DNA of 64,000 nt from Takakia lepidozioides (lineage: Eukaryota; Plantae; Bryophyta). Below the pieces are notes generated by a model. The model did not search any database, was not told the DNA's origin, and was given only the letters and a program-made list of their open reading frames with translations. The stretch lies in NCBI GenBank assembly GCA_030704615.1, contig CM060734.1, positions 20,956,001 through 21,020,000 on the forward strand, given 5' to 3'. Below are positions 27,571 through 40,500 of this stretch, one piece after another (position 1 is the stretch's first letter; each line of letters opens with the position of its first letter). A program made the position numbers and the translations under genes.

Positions 27571-29962
27571 GAAGAAGCCAACACTTGGAAGGAGATGTTC
27601 ACACCCGTCCAGTGAGACAAAGACTTGACGAGGCACCTGGCGGAGAAGAGGATTCATGGCGAACTGACAAGAATATTCGCACGCTTCCTCGTGGTCCTAT
27701 AATGTTGCCCAAGGAGGTTTCGTCGAGCACCGCAAGCCCTACACGTTCAAGATCGTCATCTCCTTTGAGCACAGGGCACGTGCCCGAGGAACATAACGAG
27801 CCATCTGTAGTAATGCAGTACAACATACCCATTGTGGAGACAAGAGTGTCGGAGTCACAGTGGAGAATTGCAAGGACATTAATTTCATGAAATTTTTCGC
27901 GTGAGCACAGTTTTCAGATAGTATCGTATTTCTTACTACGTGAGCGCATTTGGGTTCGCAATAGCATATTCTCAAAAATCTTCTAGAATATGTGGAATAT
28001 TTCTTTGTACTCACGCCCGCTAGCGTGAGCCTGCTCACATGCTACCCAACCCCTTTGTTGTCAAATGGGTTGTTAAGAACAACATAGTTATGGCTGGAGC
28101 TGAGAGATGGCGGCGGGGGCCGCATGGAGCTCGATTCAGGCGCCCTTGAATGCCACGGAGCTGTGCCATTAAGGCATTTAGGTTCTGGCAAGATTCAGTA
28201 CCTTCTTCCCCTCTTGGGGTGCGCAATGGCGGCAGTACCTGCAATTTCCCTGTGGCGGTTGTCTCTAATGCTTGGCGGGCGATCTACCTGTGTTGTGGTT
28301 GCTTGTTGTGACCTTCATTGATCATTAAGATACAAGCGGCGATCTTAAGGCCTCAGGGAAGTGTCTGAACTCTTTGAGTTTGGGCGATTCACTTTCTTTT
28401 TTGTTGTGCATTCTTGTTTGCTGGTCTTGAGAGCTATGGCGCAGGCCTCTCTTCCACAAGCCATCAAGGTATTGGCTTGCATATGCTCTGTTTCCTTTCT
28501 GCCCCTGCTTTGTATTGCATGTTGTACAGCGATAACAAGCGTGAGACCTGCGATTCACCCGGGGTTCACATCGTCTCTAACTTAACTGTTTCTGATTGCA
28601 TGTGATGGGACCAGGTGAGGGTCCTCACTTAACATGGATTTTTAAAGCTTGAAGTTGATTGGAATCGAGTTGAAGAAGCGACGCCATCTGTATCTTTGGG
28701 GGAGAACAATCCTTTCTTCCTCTTTCCTTTGATCTTGATGGCTCCTATGTTTAACCTAGTATGGTGGACAATCAATCATTAGGGCGACTATCTCTTGTTC
28801 CCTATGGCATACTGATGTGACAATGGAGCAATGATATTAAAGAGATCTGGTAACATGCTACAATGTAGGGCATACCTGTTTTCATGACCAGACAGTGTTC
28901 TTGAATGTACAAGCATTGGAAACTTAGCCTCTTTTAGAAGCTGGTTACTTTAGGACACTCGATACCGTGCCAAACTGATATGGATGTGGTTATGCCTTGG
29001 TATGTAAGCTGACCAAAAAATAGAGACTGAATGACATGGCATGTCATGAATGGCACTTTTTAGCATGCTGAACAATGGTTTCCTGCTATGAACAGTGGTA
29101 ATTGAGTCTCTAATTTTTCCCCCCCCCACCCAGAGACTTCATTGACTTTGAAGTCTGGGATTTGTCATAAAGCTGACTTGTGAATGAAGAATGGTTGACA
29201 ATGCTTTGTTATGAGGCTGATTTGTCGTTAATTTTACAATGACCTTGTCAGGTCTTTGTCCATGTCTCGACAAGACATAAGTATCTTCCCTCTCTGATTT
29301 AGACCGGTGTACTTGGTGGTTCTTGTACACATTATCAACCAATCTCCCTTCTGTTTTCAGTTTTATGTTTGATTTACTAACACCTTGGTCTGAGCATGAC
29401 AAAAGGTTATCAAATATGTTCCTGATTGAAGTGATGAACCCAAGGCAATGGGAAGGCCAAAGCCATGAGATATCAGCCTCCTCTCCCGCCATGACCATGG
29501 TGTGGAGCAAGCAAGTCCTTCATAAGGTAAGATCTTCTCCAACAAAAATATGTTGGCTAAAATATGTTGGGCATGGAGAGTAAGGCATCCTTGAAGGTAC
29601 CCGAGATAAGCACAGAACATCTATAGGGCTTCTGAATGCTGAAATTTTGAGCTAGGCCTTGGTAAGACAGCTTGCTGGAGTAGACGTGTACACCTTATAC
29701 ATGATCCGGTCAATGCACATTACTCTTGTTTGCCGGTCCCCTGTAGCCGATGCCTTATGTCAGATTTGGATACCTCGTGATAAGAATGAGTTCCATTTCT
29801 TTGGCTCAAATTGTTTCTCCTGGTCACGGCTTTGCTCTTTATAGGCACCATAAAAAATACCCAATTCTGATATGCTGTTGGTAGATGTTGTGTCTGAATA
29901 CCAGGTGGTAAACCCCTGCCAGACTTCATTACCTAAGTCCCAATACCTGCCCCCTTTGGTTT

Positions 29963-30516
29963 TGTACACATGTTTTACCCAAAACAAGGGGTGGGTAAAC
30001 ACTAAAAGTTTGATATAAGATTCTTTCCTGATTGTTACTTTATGACCTTGGGAATTGAGGGTTCTTTCACTGGCCTCTTCTTCCGGTCACCAGAGCTTAT
30101 ATATAAACTAAAAGGTAAAACTCTACATTTTGATGTACATGTGTTGATGTACCTTCGTTTGTCACAACTTGCCAACGTGGAACATGCCAATGGCAGAAAA
30201 TTCATTACCTAAACCTGCCCCCATTGGTTGTAGCTTTTACTTCTGGTTACAAAGGAACCATAGAAATAAACATGCCTACAATCTCAACTCTCCAAGGTCA
30301 AAAAACAAAACAAGCCGTGACAAGCAAAGGTACATCAACACTTACATCATAATGTAGAGTTTTACCTTTTAGCTACACATAAGCTCTGGTAATGGAAAGA
30401 TGAGGCCAATGAAGGGACCTTAACTCCGAAATTCATGAAGCAACAAACAGGAAATAAACTTTTATCAACCCTTTAGTGTCTACCTAGCCCATGTTTTTGG
30501 GTACCACATGTGTACA
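29963..30516. repeat. Long imperfect inverted repeat (arms ~29963-30171 and ~30311-30516, ~140-bp loop); MITE-like or hairpin-RNA locus
   Basis: For example CTAAAAGGTAAAACTCTACATT on the left pairs with AATGTAGAGTTTTACCTTTTAG on the right, and complementarity extends over ~200 bp. Confidence 0.8.
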
Positions 30517-30517
30517 T

Positions 30518-30590
30518 AACAACCTACTTGTTCCGAGCAACCCACTTATTAACAACCTACTTGTTCGGAACAACCTACTTGTTAACAATT
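30518..30590. repeat. Short tandem repeat AACAACCTACTTGTT (~4 copies)
   Basis: Read directly from the sequence. Confidence 0.7.
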
Positions 30591-31099
30591 TACAATTCAT
30601 AATTTGGTTTTATTTTTTATTTACTTAATTTTTCCCAAACAAGGGCAACCGTTCTACCAGTCATTATATATATCATTATCTTATCATTATGTTATGTCTT
30701 TTTTTTTTTGGGCGTCCGCTGTCATACCGGTCGCCCGATATTTTTTTGTTTTTCCCTTATTTTAATTCATTTTATCTGTTTTATGAATTATTCATTTTTT
30801 TAATATTATTTTCTCAGCTAGCGGCGGATGCTCATTCCCAGGCGACCGCTGCCACAGCGGTCCCACAGCGGTCCCTTATTTTAATTTTAATTTTACTTGT
30901 TTAAAATATTATTATTATTTTGAATTTTGAATAATATGTTTTATTTTTTATTTCTCTCAAGCGCAACAGACGCTCTATCCCAGGCGACGATGCAGTAGCG
31001 GTCCCACAGCGGTCCCATAGCAGTCCCTTATTTTTATTTTTATTTCGTGCTTTATGTATTTTTATGTATTTTTCTTTTTTACACCCCATGCGACTGTGC

Positions 31100-32020
31100 A
31101 GCTTCGATCGGTTGGCAGGAGCAAGTATTTCAGCCGCATCGATTTGCGCTCAGGTTACCATCAAATCCAAGTGGCGGAAGGAGATGAGGAGAAGACCGCG
31201 TGCAGGACAAGATATGGTTCATATGAGTTCTTGGTGATGCCTTGGGCTCACCAACGCACCCGCGACCTTTAGCACGCTAATGAACAGCCTTTTCCAGGAG
31301 TGGTTGGATGACTTTGTGATCGTGTACATCGACGACATCTTGGTGTACTCGAAAACAAAGGAAGAGCACCTGGAGCACCTAAAAAGGGTGTTCCAGAAAT
31401 TGCGGGAATGGAAGCTGTATGCCAAAGTTTCAAAGTGCGAATTCAGGGTCACAAAAGTGGAGTTCCTAGGGCATGTGATTACACAGGATGGGATCAAAAT
31501 GGATGACAGAAAAGTCAGGGCGATCTTGGACTGGGAGCCTCCGACTTCGGTCCCGGGAGTGCGATCCTTCTTAGGACTCGCCTCCTACTACCGAAAGTAT
31601 GTGAGAAATTTTGCCAAGACCGCGGGGCCGTTGTCAGACCCTCTGTGTAAGTCCAAGATATGGGTATGGAACACCTTTTGTGGCCAAGCTTTTGCCGAGT
31701 TGAAGCAGCGGATGGCGGAAGCTCCAGTCCTGAAAATCCCAGAGTTCGACCGTCCATTTGAGATTCATACAGATGCGTCGAACTTCGCAATTGGGGGTGT
31801 GCTGATGTAGGATGGACGTCCAATGGCTTACGAAAGTAAGAAACTGAATGAAGTGGAACGACGGTGGCCTACGCACGAGAAAGAAATAAAGGCGGTGGTG
31901 CATTGCCTTGAGCTTTGGCGCCACTATGTTGGCTCCAACCCGGTGAAGGTATTCACAGACAATGTCACGGTGAAGTATTTTGCCACACAGCCTAAGTTGT
32001 CCCCAAAACAACTTAGGGAA
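31100..32020 (+). mobile_element. Ty3/gypsy pol fragment (RT and RNase H)
   Basis: [65 protein letters not shown] and EKE. Contains a frameshift and a stop. Confidence 0.95.
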
Positions 32021-32029
32021 GGTCACTGA

Positions 32030-32547
32030 ACAACCTGCCAAGGCGGAAACACCTGAGTCTGGACCCACACTATATCCCTGCTCCTTCATCTATCCATGCC
32101 TCTGCACAAATCAAGCATACATCCTTGCCTTGCTGCTAGCAGCTGACGATGACAACCTAGATTTGTTCTAGGAAACACCCAACTCAACTTATCACACTAG
32201 TTCCTATGCTCAATTGCATCTGCTACTCTCTATAATCCAACAAGTATTCAACCTTTTACCTCGATTGTCCCACCACTGACTGGAGTCAGAAAAGTATTCA
32301 TTCCACAGCTTGTCCTCGTCTCTGTTACCTGTTTCTGGATACTTTCCTGTTGTCACATCGGCAGTATCATGTCAAAGTCACTCCAAACTAGATTCACTGA
32401 ACCAGCTAACTTGCAGAATTCAACATGGAAAGTTAGGGCCGATTCTAATAAGAGGGAAAAATAGGGTGAAATGTGCTGAAGAAGATGCTTTCATTAGCAG
32501 TGCCTGATTATATCAATTGTGCCGCTGCTGCCAGTTGACCATCTACC
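32030..32547 (-). pseudogene. Downstream part of the PDF-motif/PPR locus, separated from the rest by the MULE insertion
   Basis: Paralogous to 44070-44580. Encodes LWNEYFSDSSQWWDNRGKR (32253-32308), the N-half of an OSB-type PDF motif. Confidence 0.7.
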
Positions 32548-33197
32548 CAACGACGCAATGGCGTGAGCGTTGCGCGTGAGCGCGCGAGCGTACGCTCACG
32601 CAGGAGTGACGTGGCGTGAGCGTACGCTCACGCCAGCTGACGTGGCGTGAGCCTGCACACACGCTGACGTGGCGTGAGCGTCATGTCAGCATGCTGATGT
32701 GGCGGTAAATGATGACGTGGCACTGTCCGTCATCTGCCACGTCAGCATTAACATGCGCCGCCTATAACCGTGGATGGTCCTATGACCGTGGAATTAATGC
32801 AGGGAATCTTGCCTAAATAGAATCAAGACGAGCGTTGAGGCCTACAATTGCAGCATCCAACATTGTGCAATTACAAATGCTTGTTTCACTTTTACAATTA
32901 CGAGGACGACAAAATATCCTCACAAAGTGTGCGCCATAAAGGCTGCCACGGAAGACCTTCCTCCCTCCTCAAATAACAATGAGAGTTAGGATCATCTTCA
33001 AAAGATGATTGTAGTGCATAGCGACAGCAAGACATGTAGACTTCGAACGGTGCAATGACAAATGTGCACTACCTAAAAGTTGTCACTCAGAGCTCACTCC
33101 GTATAGTTGGAGGCCATATCATTGCACAGCCGACGAATTGATGTGAATTACACATTTCAAATCATGGTCATCCACATACCACATTACATAGTTCATG

Positions 33198-36100
33198 CTA
33201 CCCATGTGTTGTATCCCGCTGCAAAAGAGTATCGACCTCGTTGAAACTCATAGTGGCCTGGTGAATGAAGTTGTCACGTTTGGGATCGCAAACCATCCTC
33301 CTCAAAAATATGAAATACAAATGTTTGCAGGGTATGAATTTACCTCTCTTGCCCAAACTGGTTGATAGCATATTCACAAAATCAGGACATGTGCAATTGG
33401 GGAAATTGGAAACCGTGATGTCGTAGGTCCTGTCATGAACAGCAGATGTGGAAGTGATGATTGTGAATACCCGACCATATCCTGGATCGGGTACTTCCGT
33501 GGTGCTTCCAACACGAGCTTGGAGCATTCTTGCGGACTCCACTTTGCCAAAGTGTTCAGCGGTTGGAGGGAAACGCCGAACGAGCTTTCCATCTCGTTTG
33601 GTTGGCCACAAGTCAGGATTTGCCGGGGGGACCCGGGAGGACGCAGAAGTAGTAGCACATGCATGGAGTTGGGGTTGTCTCGCAAGGGAAAAACCTGCCT
33701 CCTCCAGCATTTCAATCTCCTGAAAGCTGAGATGTGTTCCCACCTTCACGGGCCAAACGGTTGGAGGAGATGGCTTCATCACTACGGAAGGACGCACAGT
33801 TCCATGCACACATCTGGCACAATCATCTGCGCAGAACCAGAACTTGTGGTTCTTGGCTTCTGGTTGACCGTATGGACGCATCAAGCCCGTGAAAGTCGGA
33901 GCAGGAGTTCGGGCACCACCTCTGGATATAGATGAAGTGCACTTCTCGAAATTAGTTGCCCTGATCGCTGTACATTTCACACGAGACCCTACACTTGTGC
34001 GTTCTATGTGCCAAACGTGGTCGGGGCATGCGGACTCAAGCACATCAAGGGGGTTGTTTCTCTCCTGCACCATTTCAGTGGCACTTTGATGCTGGAGCTT
34101 GCCGTCGTGTTGGAGGTTCCTCCACAATGGAGGTTCCGGACATGGAGCTGTCATGCAGGGGAACACGAGGCTTCGAGAAGTTATCACGGTCTGCCCTGTG
34201 GGAATCTGAATCCGAACCAGGTGGAGTGTTCAATTTCCTCTTACAGGAGCCGAATCTCTCCTCCCCTTCAAGATGTGGAACTCTAGAAACAAGTGGCGTT
34301 CCCTGGGCATACATGCTCACCGCCCGTGCTATCTTGATTGGATCCCCAGATCTGTTTGCAGCACGCAACATCAACTCCCATTTGTCCGGACCCTTGCCAC
34401 CAACCCCACCTCGTAAGAAATCACGGTATCGGGTTTGTTGTTGCAAGGCACGTATCAAATCATCTGTTGTTGCCACATACAAATCCCCCGACCTCGTTTC
34501 CCAGACTGCTGCAACCATGCGTTGTGCACAGTTTCTGCCAAATTGCAAGATGGCATGTCCGCCATTTCCTCAATGGACATGTTCTGCAAAGTGGATAACC
34601 ACACTTCAGAACAGTGCACAGGAAACAACATAAAGAAAGCAATGAGTCAAAATATGGAAAGCAAATGTATGAATAAAGCATGAAATAAAGCCTCGTACCA
34701 TTGTCATGGCTGCCCCACTGTCTATACCGGAAGTGCCAAAACGCCAGCCAATCTTCCAATGCTCTCATACTCTCAAGTGATGCAGCTCCAGAAGAGAACC
34801 ACCAGGCACGAATTGTCTGGAACAAAGTGTCCGCCTCCTTCATTGTTCTAGCATCTTTGTACTCTTTGCACAATTTACGGTGCTGAGTCTGCATCTCTGG
34901 TTTGATGTCCGACTTTGTATGTTTTTCCAGAGATTGTGTCCAATGGAATAGACATGTACGCTCTCTTCCTGGCATAGGCACTTTTGGGTCGCCCGATCCG
35001 AAGACAATACGAACAGCATTGAAATTTGCTTGAGCACTATCCGCCATGAAACCTGCGAAATTTGGAGATGGCAGCCCATGACACGTATCAGGGAATTCCA
35101 CATGAGCTTCTGGGATTCCGTATCCTCGCATGTCACAAACTGCAATTGTCATAACTCGTTGGTACACTGGATCGTAGACATGACAAGCCATTGTCGTCCA
35201 ATCCTTCACTCGTTTCACATGATCAAACATAAGAAAACAGTTCTGCAAGTCCCCAGTCTTCTGCATCCGCTTCACGAGGCTAACCCCACTGCCCTCCCCA
35301 ACAGTCGACATTTTGAAAAGAAAAACTTTGATGGCACCTTGACCTGGGAATACATTGTCCTGGATGTAATCGTACTTGCTCACTCGTTTCAATTCCAAAA
35401 TATTGTCTATGTAGCCTCTGATCCCAGAGCCCATTCTCAATGCATTGATCTGATGCCGAATGTTAGGTGAACTTAAAGTGGAGAAATGATCCATGACCAG
35501 GTCCAATGCTGCACCGTCAAGTTTAGTCCCCACAGAATCCTTCACTCAAATATGGCTTCCAAGAAGGACTTGCTTGCGCCAAGAGCAATTGCAGATGTTG
35601 TTGCGGATGGGTTTCTCCCGAACTCCTGTTTAATCAACCTCGATACTGTCTCAACACTCTCCCTGTAATCCCCCTTCGAGACAGGATGGTTATGGAATCC
35701 AAAATGCACACAAGCTCTGTCATTGTTTCAAACGGTGGACAACATAGTACATTCTTGCTCCGCAGAGCGCCAAGCAGGATGGCACAAGTTTGCAGAATTT
35801 GCAGACGAAAGTGTTTGCCGGTGGAGGGGCAGTCCCAGGCTGAAATGGATTTTCCGCCAGACCCTCCCATTCGCTTTGATTATGAACCCCAGACTGAAGA
35901 AAGTGTCTGCAATTCAAATTATCACACCTAAGGTGTCCATTGCAAACTGTCCTCCTGAAAACAAGCTTGTCATCATTCTGAATATTGGATGTTTTTGTTC
36001 TGCACCACGGGTGCCCGTCGTGTTTCTTGTCCATTCCATGCATCATGATTGTTACACCTCCAACTCGCGGAGGAGGAGGCAGCTCGAATAGGATATCGCC

Positions 36101-36688
36101 ATCAAAAGTCTCCGGCAAGAACTTCACAGGCACCTGCTTCAAAGATTCCCAATCAATTCCCCGCAACTCACTTTTGAATCCAGCCATTCCTCCCATCGCC
36201 CGCAATTTTGGAATGACACTACAAATCTCTTCTTCATCAGCTTCTCCAACCACAGTAGGAAGGACTGGATTTGGAATTTCACTTATGTCATCATCGGAAG
36301 AATCCGAAAGCTCAACGATTGGAGTGGAGGACGTCTGTTCTTTTTTCACCACCACCTCCCTCTTGTCTTCAACGACCGAAGCAGCAGTCCCGGGCGTCAC
36401 ATATGACCCAAGGGACTTTCGCCGAGGCTCTCCAAGTACTCTGTATCGACCAGGACGCACTCTCCACTGGCTGATATGAGCCGTCTCATCACGGTTTTGG
36501 AAAGAATATTTCAACAACTTCCCTTTAAGATCGTACACCTCTTTCTCCAAAAAGATGGAGCCATTCTGCAGCTGAAAACGGGTAGCCAAGACATGTTTCA
36601 GAACAATTGCAAATCCATTGTCAAGGACTTCCTGGGAGAACGGCACTGGTTTGTCGTCAGAGAAGAACTCCGCTTCAGAGGAAGCCAT
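33198..36688 (-). pseudogene. MULE transposase: GCM-like zinc domain, DDE domain and SWIM finger (frameshifted; probable intron ~34585-34700)
   Basis: DGHPW..CNGHLRC..C..CKFC..C..HFGFHNHP (GCM/WRKY-like); FDHVK, FMADSAQA, CLFHW and CNLAETVHN (D, D, CxxH, E); CTCPDF..CKHLYF (SWIM). Confidence 0.85.
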
Positions 36689-37529
36689 CTTCCTTCCTCG
36701 CGTACGTTTGTACCTTGCTATCGCAGATCTAGTGTAAATCGGTTTACTGATGTCTCCAGAACACAGTTGAAGAATGAGCAGAGAATATGGCGGAGGAAGC
36801 TCAGATAACGACTGTGCATATTATGTTATTCTTTCCAGATATGCAGCCGTCCATTTTAATTACTTTTCTTGTGGGCCCAGTGGTCAGAGTATCCCTAGGG
36901 CAGTGTCGGCATGTTAAACCGTTAATCAGAACCTCATCAATAAACCCAATAACAAAGCCGACTTCCTGGAAGCATGCCACAGGATCTGAGAATGGGATTG
37001 CAGATTAAGTAAATGTATCTTATACTACTACCAATGATCATGCGCACCTGGAAAGTTCCAAATGTGAAACGAATGTGGGGTTTGGCTAACAAGGATGACC
37101 GTGTATGATATTCCAAATTTGTCATCAAACTCTCGTTCATTTACATTTATTTGTGTAAGACTGCGCCAAAATTTCTGGGATTCGCTGTTTTTAAATATTG
37201 AAACCGTTCTAATAAAGAACACGCCGTTTTTTTGGGCGACACACGTCAGACATCCATAACTGAATACGAACAGCTGTACACCAATTGCTGGCATGTGCAC
37301 TAATAAGGGAACGACTATGTGTAACGGTCACGCGGAGGGAATCCGATGCTTCTAGAGACACGCAAGAACGCAGGCAATCCGCAAGAAATCGGGAGTCACT
37401 GCGTTTTTCTACTTTTCGCGCTTAGAGGAGAGTGGTAGTCAAGCTGGAGAGGGTTCCTTCTAGAATACGAAAGAGAAGAAAGTCTCTTTATTTTACTTCC
37501 CTTAGAGAGAGACGCAGAGCAAGAGAGAA

Positions 37530-40500
37530 ATGACGAGGCGTCGTTTGTTGGAGAACACAGGGCCAAGGCAGCAGGTGAACGCGGAGACTGATTCACAAGA
37601 GCAGACGGAGACTGAGGCAGCGGCTGTGACACAGTCGGCGATAAGAGTGCGCCAGCCTGTGGAGGCAGAGATGATTCGCAGGGACACTGAAGGAGGTGGA
37701 AGCACGCGGAACGCCGAACCGGGAGAAGGTCCAGAAACCCTAGAGCAGACAGATGTGAGAGGGAAGAGGAAAGCTGCAGAAGGGGATCAATTTCAAAACC
37801 TAAGAAGGGCCAGTAAGTTTTATCTAACTTACATTTCATTGTTGAAGATATGCGTAGAGATTGAGTGGAATGTCCCAGACAGGGATTGTCGCTACCGACC
37901 ATCACAAGGTGATTTGCTTTCTACTCCTCTGCGGTTTACCGCACAATGAGGTGACTAGGTACAGTCATTCACTGTGTTCAGATCATACAGTCTGTCTGAT
38001 TGCCTTTCAAGGAGTCCTTCCTCTTCCCTTCTTTAGCAGGAACTACTGAATTGCGAGCGTCGTTAACGCCATTCGATTCTCCTCATGAGATTTATGTACC
38101 TATGTGTTTGAAGAGAGTCTGCACTTACTGTCCGCCCTAAACTACACTGAATGTCGTTGCCGCCAATCAGTTGCACATATATGTCATTACACAACACCGA
38201 TCCGGCAGGTCGTTATCTTTTGTGATTGTCGTTAACGCCGTTCGCTATCGCTCTCGCTTTTGTTTTGAATACGGCAGTATCAGCTTTGCTTGTGTAGATT
38301 GTGCTGAATTCTTTCACACCATTCATGGTGAGTTTCCTTGAGACAGAGTGATGGTCGTTACCGCCATTCACTATTTGCAAATACTCAGTCAGAACTGAAT
38401 GGCATCGTGCAGAAAACTGTGAGGTCGAAGCCTACAGGATCAGAGGGGAAAGGATCTGGAGATGGGGACGAGTCCGAAAAAGCTCAGAGAATACAGATGA
38501 AGCAGATGAACTCTGAAGTGCACTACCTTGACAAGGTGAAAGAACTCATGTCATTCTAGAAGGTAATACTCTCAGGAGGTTATAAGGGACATGCTCGTAT
38601 CTGGAGGGCGTCTGGACATACCTCTGTGCCGGATGATATCAATGCCTGTTGTGCGTCCACCTCTTTCCATGACATAACAAATTGGAGAGTGATTTTGTGC
38701 ATGATATAGACTTGGTGCACAAGTTTTTTATGTGTCACTGACGGATATAATGGGAAAAGCACATTAGTGTCTCCAGAGATCAGTGATAACTGGGATGAGT
38801 GCTGGAAAGATGCCAATGAGGAGTTCGAGCTGGGCTCATGATGGGACCCACAATTCTGCAACCACATGTTCTACTCTGGGACGGCAACCACCGATTGCTG
38901 GCATGGATGAGATACATTCAGAAACACCATGCGAAAGACAAAGACAAGCATGTTGCTGTGGAGGCAATGGTTTTGGATCCTGGAAACGACATCGCTAGGC
39001 TTCTTACAGCTATGAACGACATGAACAAGTAAGTCATCCAGGAGATTTCATTCCCTCTGTAGTGTCTTATTAATCCTCAAAAAACAGTGTTAAGGAATGC
39101 AATGTTTCCAATGTTTTTGCAGATCGACAGAGAAATCGCATGTGACAACAAGCTTGGTTCACACACTCTTCCGAATTCAGAGGATTGGTCTGATGAAGCT
39201 GGATGATTTTTCGGACAGTACTACCACCCCAATATCATCAAGAAGTGCGAAACAGGAAAGCTGCAGGCACTTGGTATTCTTTGACACGAGAGGCGTTTCT
39301 GGAGTACATGTATGCGGTAAGCCGAGTCTGTACTCTGTTTACTTTTCGAATACATGTTTGTAGTCCCTTCGGAGCTAATCACTACTTGAATCAATGCAGC
39401 AAGAACTGGCAGAGGCAGCTGAGAAGGGAAAATCCGAATATTACCGCACTACACCAGAGAACTAAGGACATCAAAGGTGTGGAAGCTGCTGCAATAAAGA
39501 AGGAGTTTGAAATGCGAAGAACCAAATTGATGTCCGCCTTCGGAAAGCAGCTTAGAATAGTAGATCCTGGACTTGGTCCTGAGTTCCTTCAGCAGATCAA
39601 AACACACTATGACAAGCATGTGCATCCGGAGATGCAGCAGGAGAAATTGCACCGGCTGGCCATATCGATGGTCGACCACAAACAAAAATAAGGTGGCTGG
39701 AGATATGGAACTGAGATCAAACAGTAAAGGACTTGAATCAGTTCCCAAAGAGCACCATACAGCCTGGCACAAAGGTGGAAGGAATCAGTGATTTTTGTGT
39801 TTGATAACTGGCTCCACAAGGCTACATTTTGGAGTCAGGTGTGTATTCAAACATGCTTGTTTTCTTCTCTTCAAGTATGTGATGAGTATCTTATTTGCAA
39901 TTCTGACAAATATACTATTTGCAGCTCGAAAAGCGCGCCGTCATTGTGCTGGATCAGACTTTGAAGGACGTGAACATTTCGATTGTTTCCCCTCCCCAAA
40001 TGTCATTGGAGGCATACATAAGGAAGTGGAGAGGTCTCACCTGGGAGATACTGTTTTTTTTCCGGGAGTTCTCCAAAGATGGTAACATTTTACGGTCCAA
40101 CGACTTTGACAGTCAGTTTGGAGGAGAGTGGGCCATGATGCGAGTTGTGTACAGGTGCAATGTCATACTTGAAACTCTACTGTTTTTTTTGGAAAAAATG
40201 TGGCTTCATATGGATTGCAATCTTAGATCGAGATTGAATGTCGTTGACGACATTCACTTCTTTGTCTGAGTCATTCTTAAGCGAGTATATGAATTCACCT
40301 GGTTAGGATCTAAGGGTGCAATTATAGTGTCCCTGATTAGAATTGATAATGTCCTTGAATGGCGTTGACGACATTCACATATGGAGTTGTTGAGAGGTCC
40401 TCAGAGTTATGTAAATTTTTGTAATGTCCATAGAGGTTACAGTGAGGGTTCCTCACTTCATTTTGCTGAATGTCAATGCAGACATTCAGTTGTTCTGCAT

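Noticed and set aside
28600-29950. Possible coding relic on the minus strand
   Set aside because: Short broken ORFs with no motif I can recognise; left unannotated.
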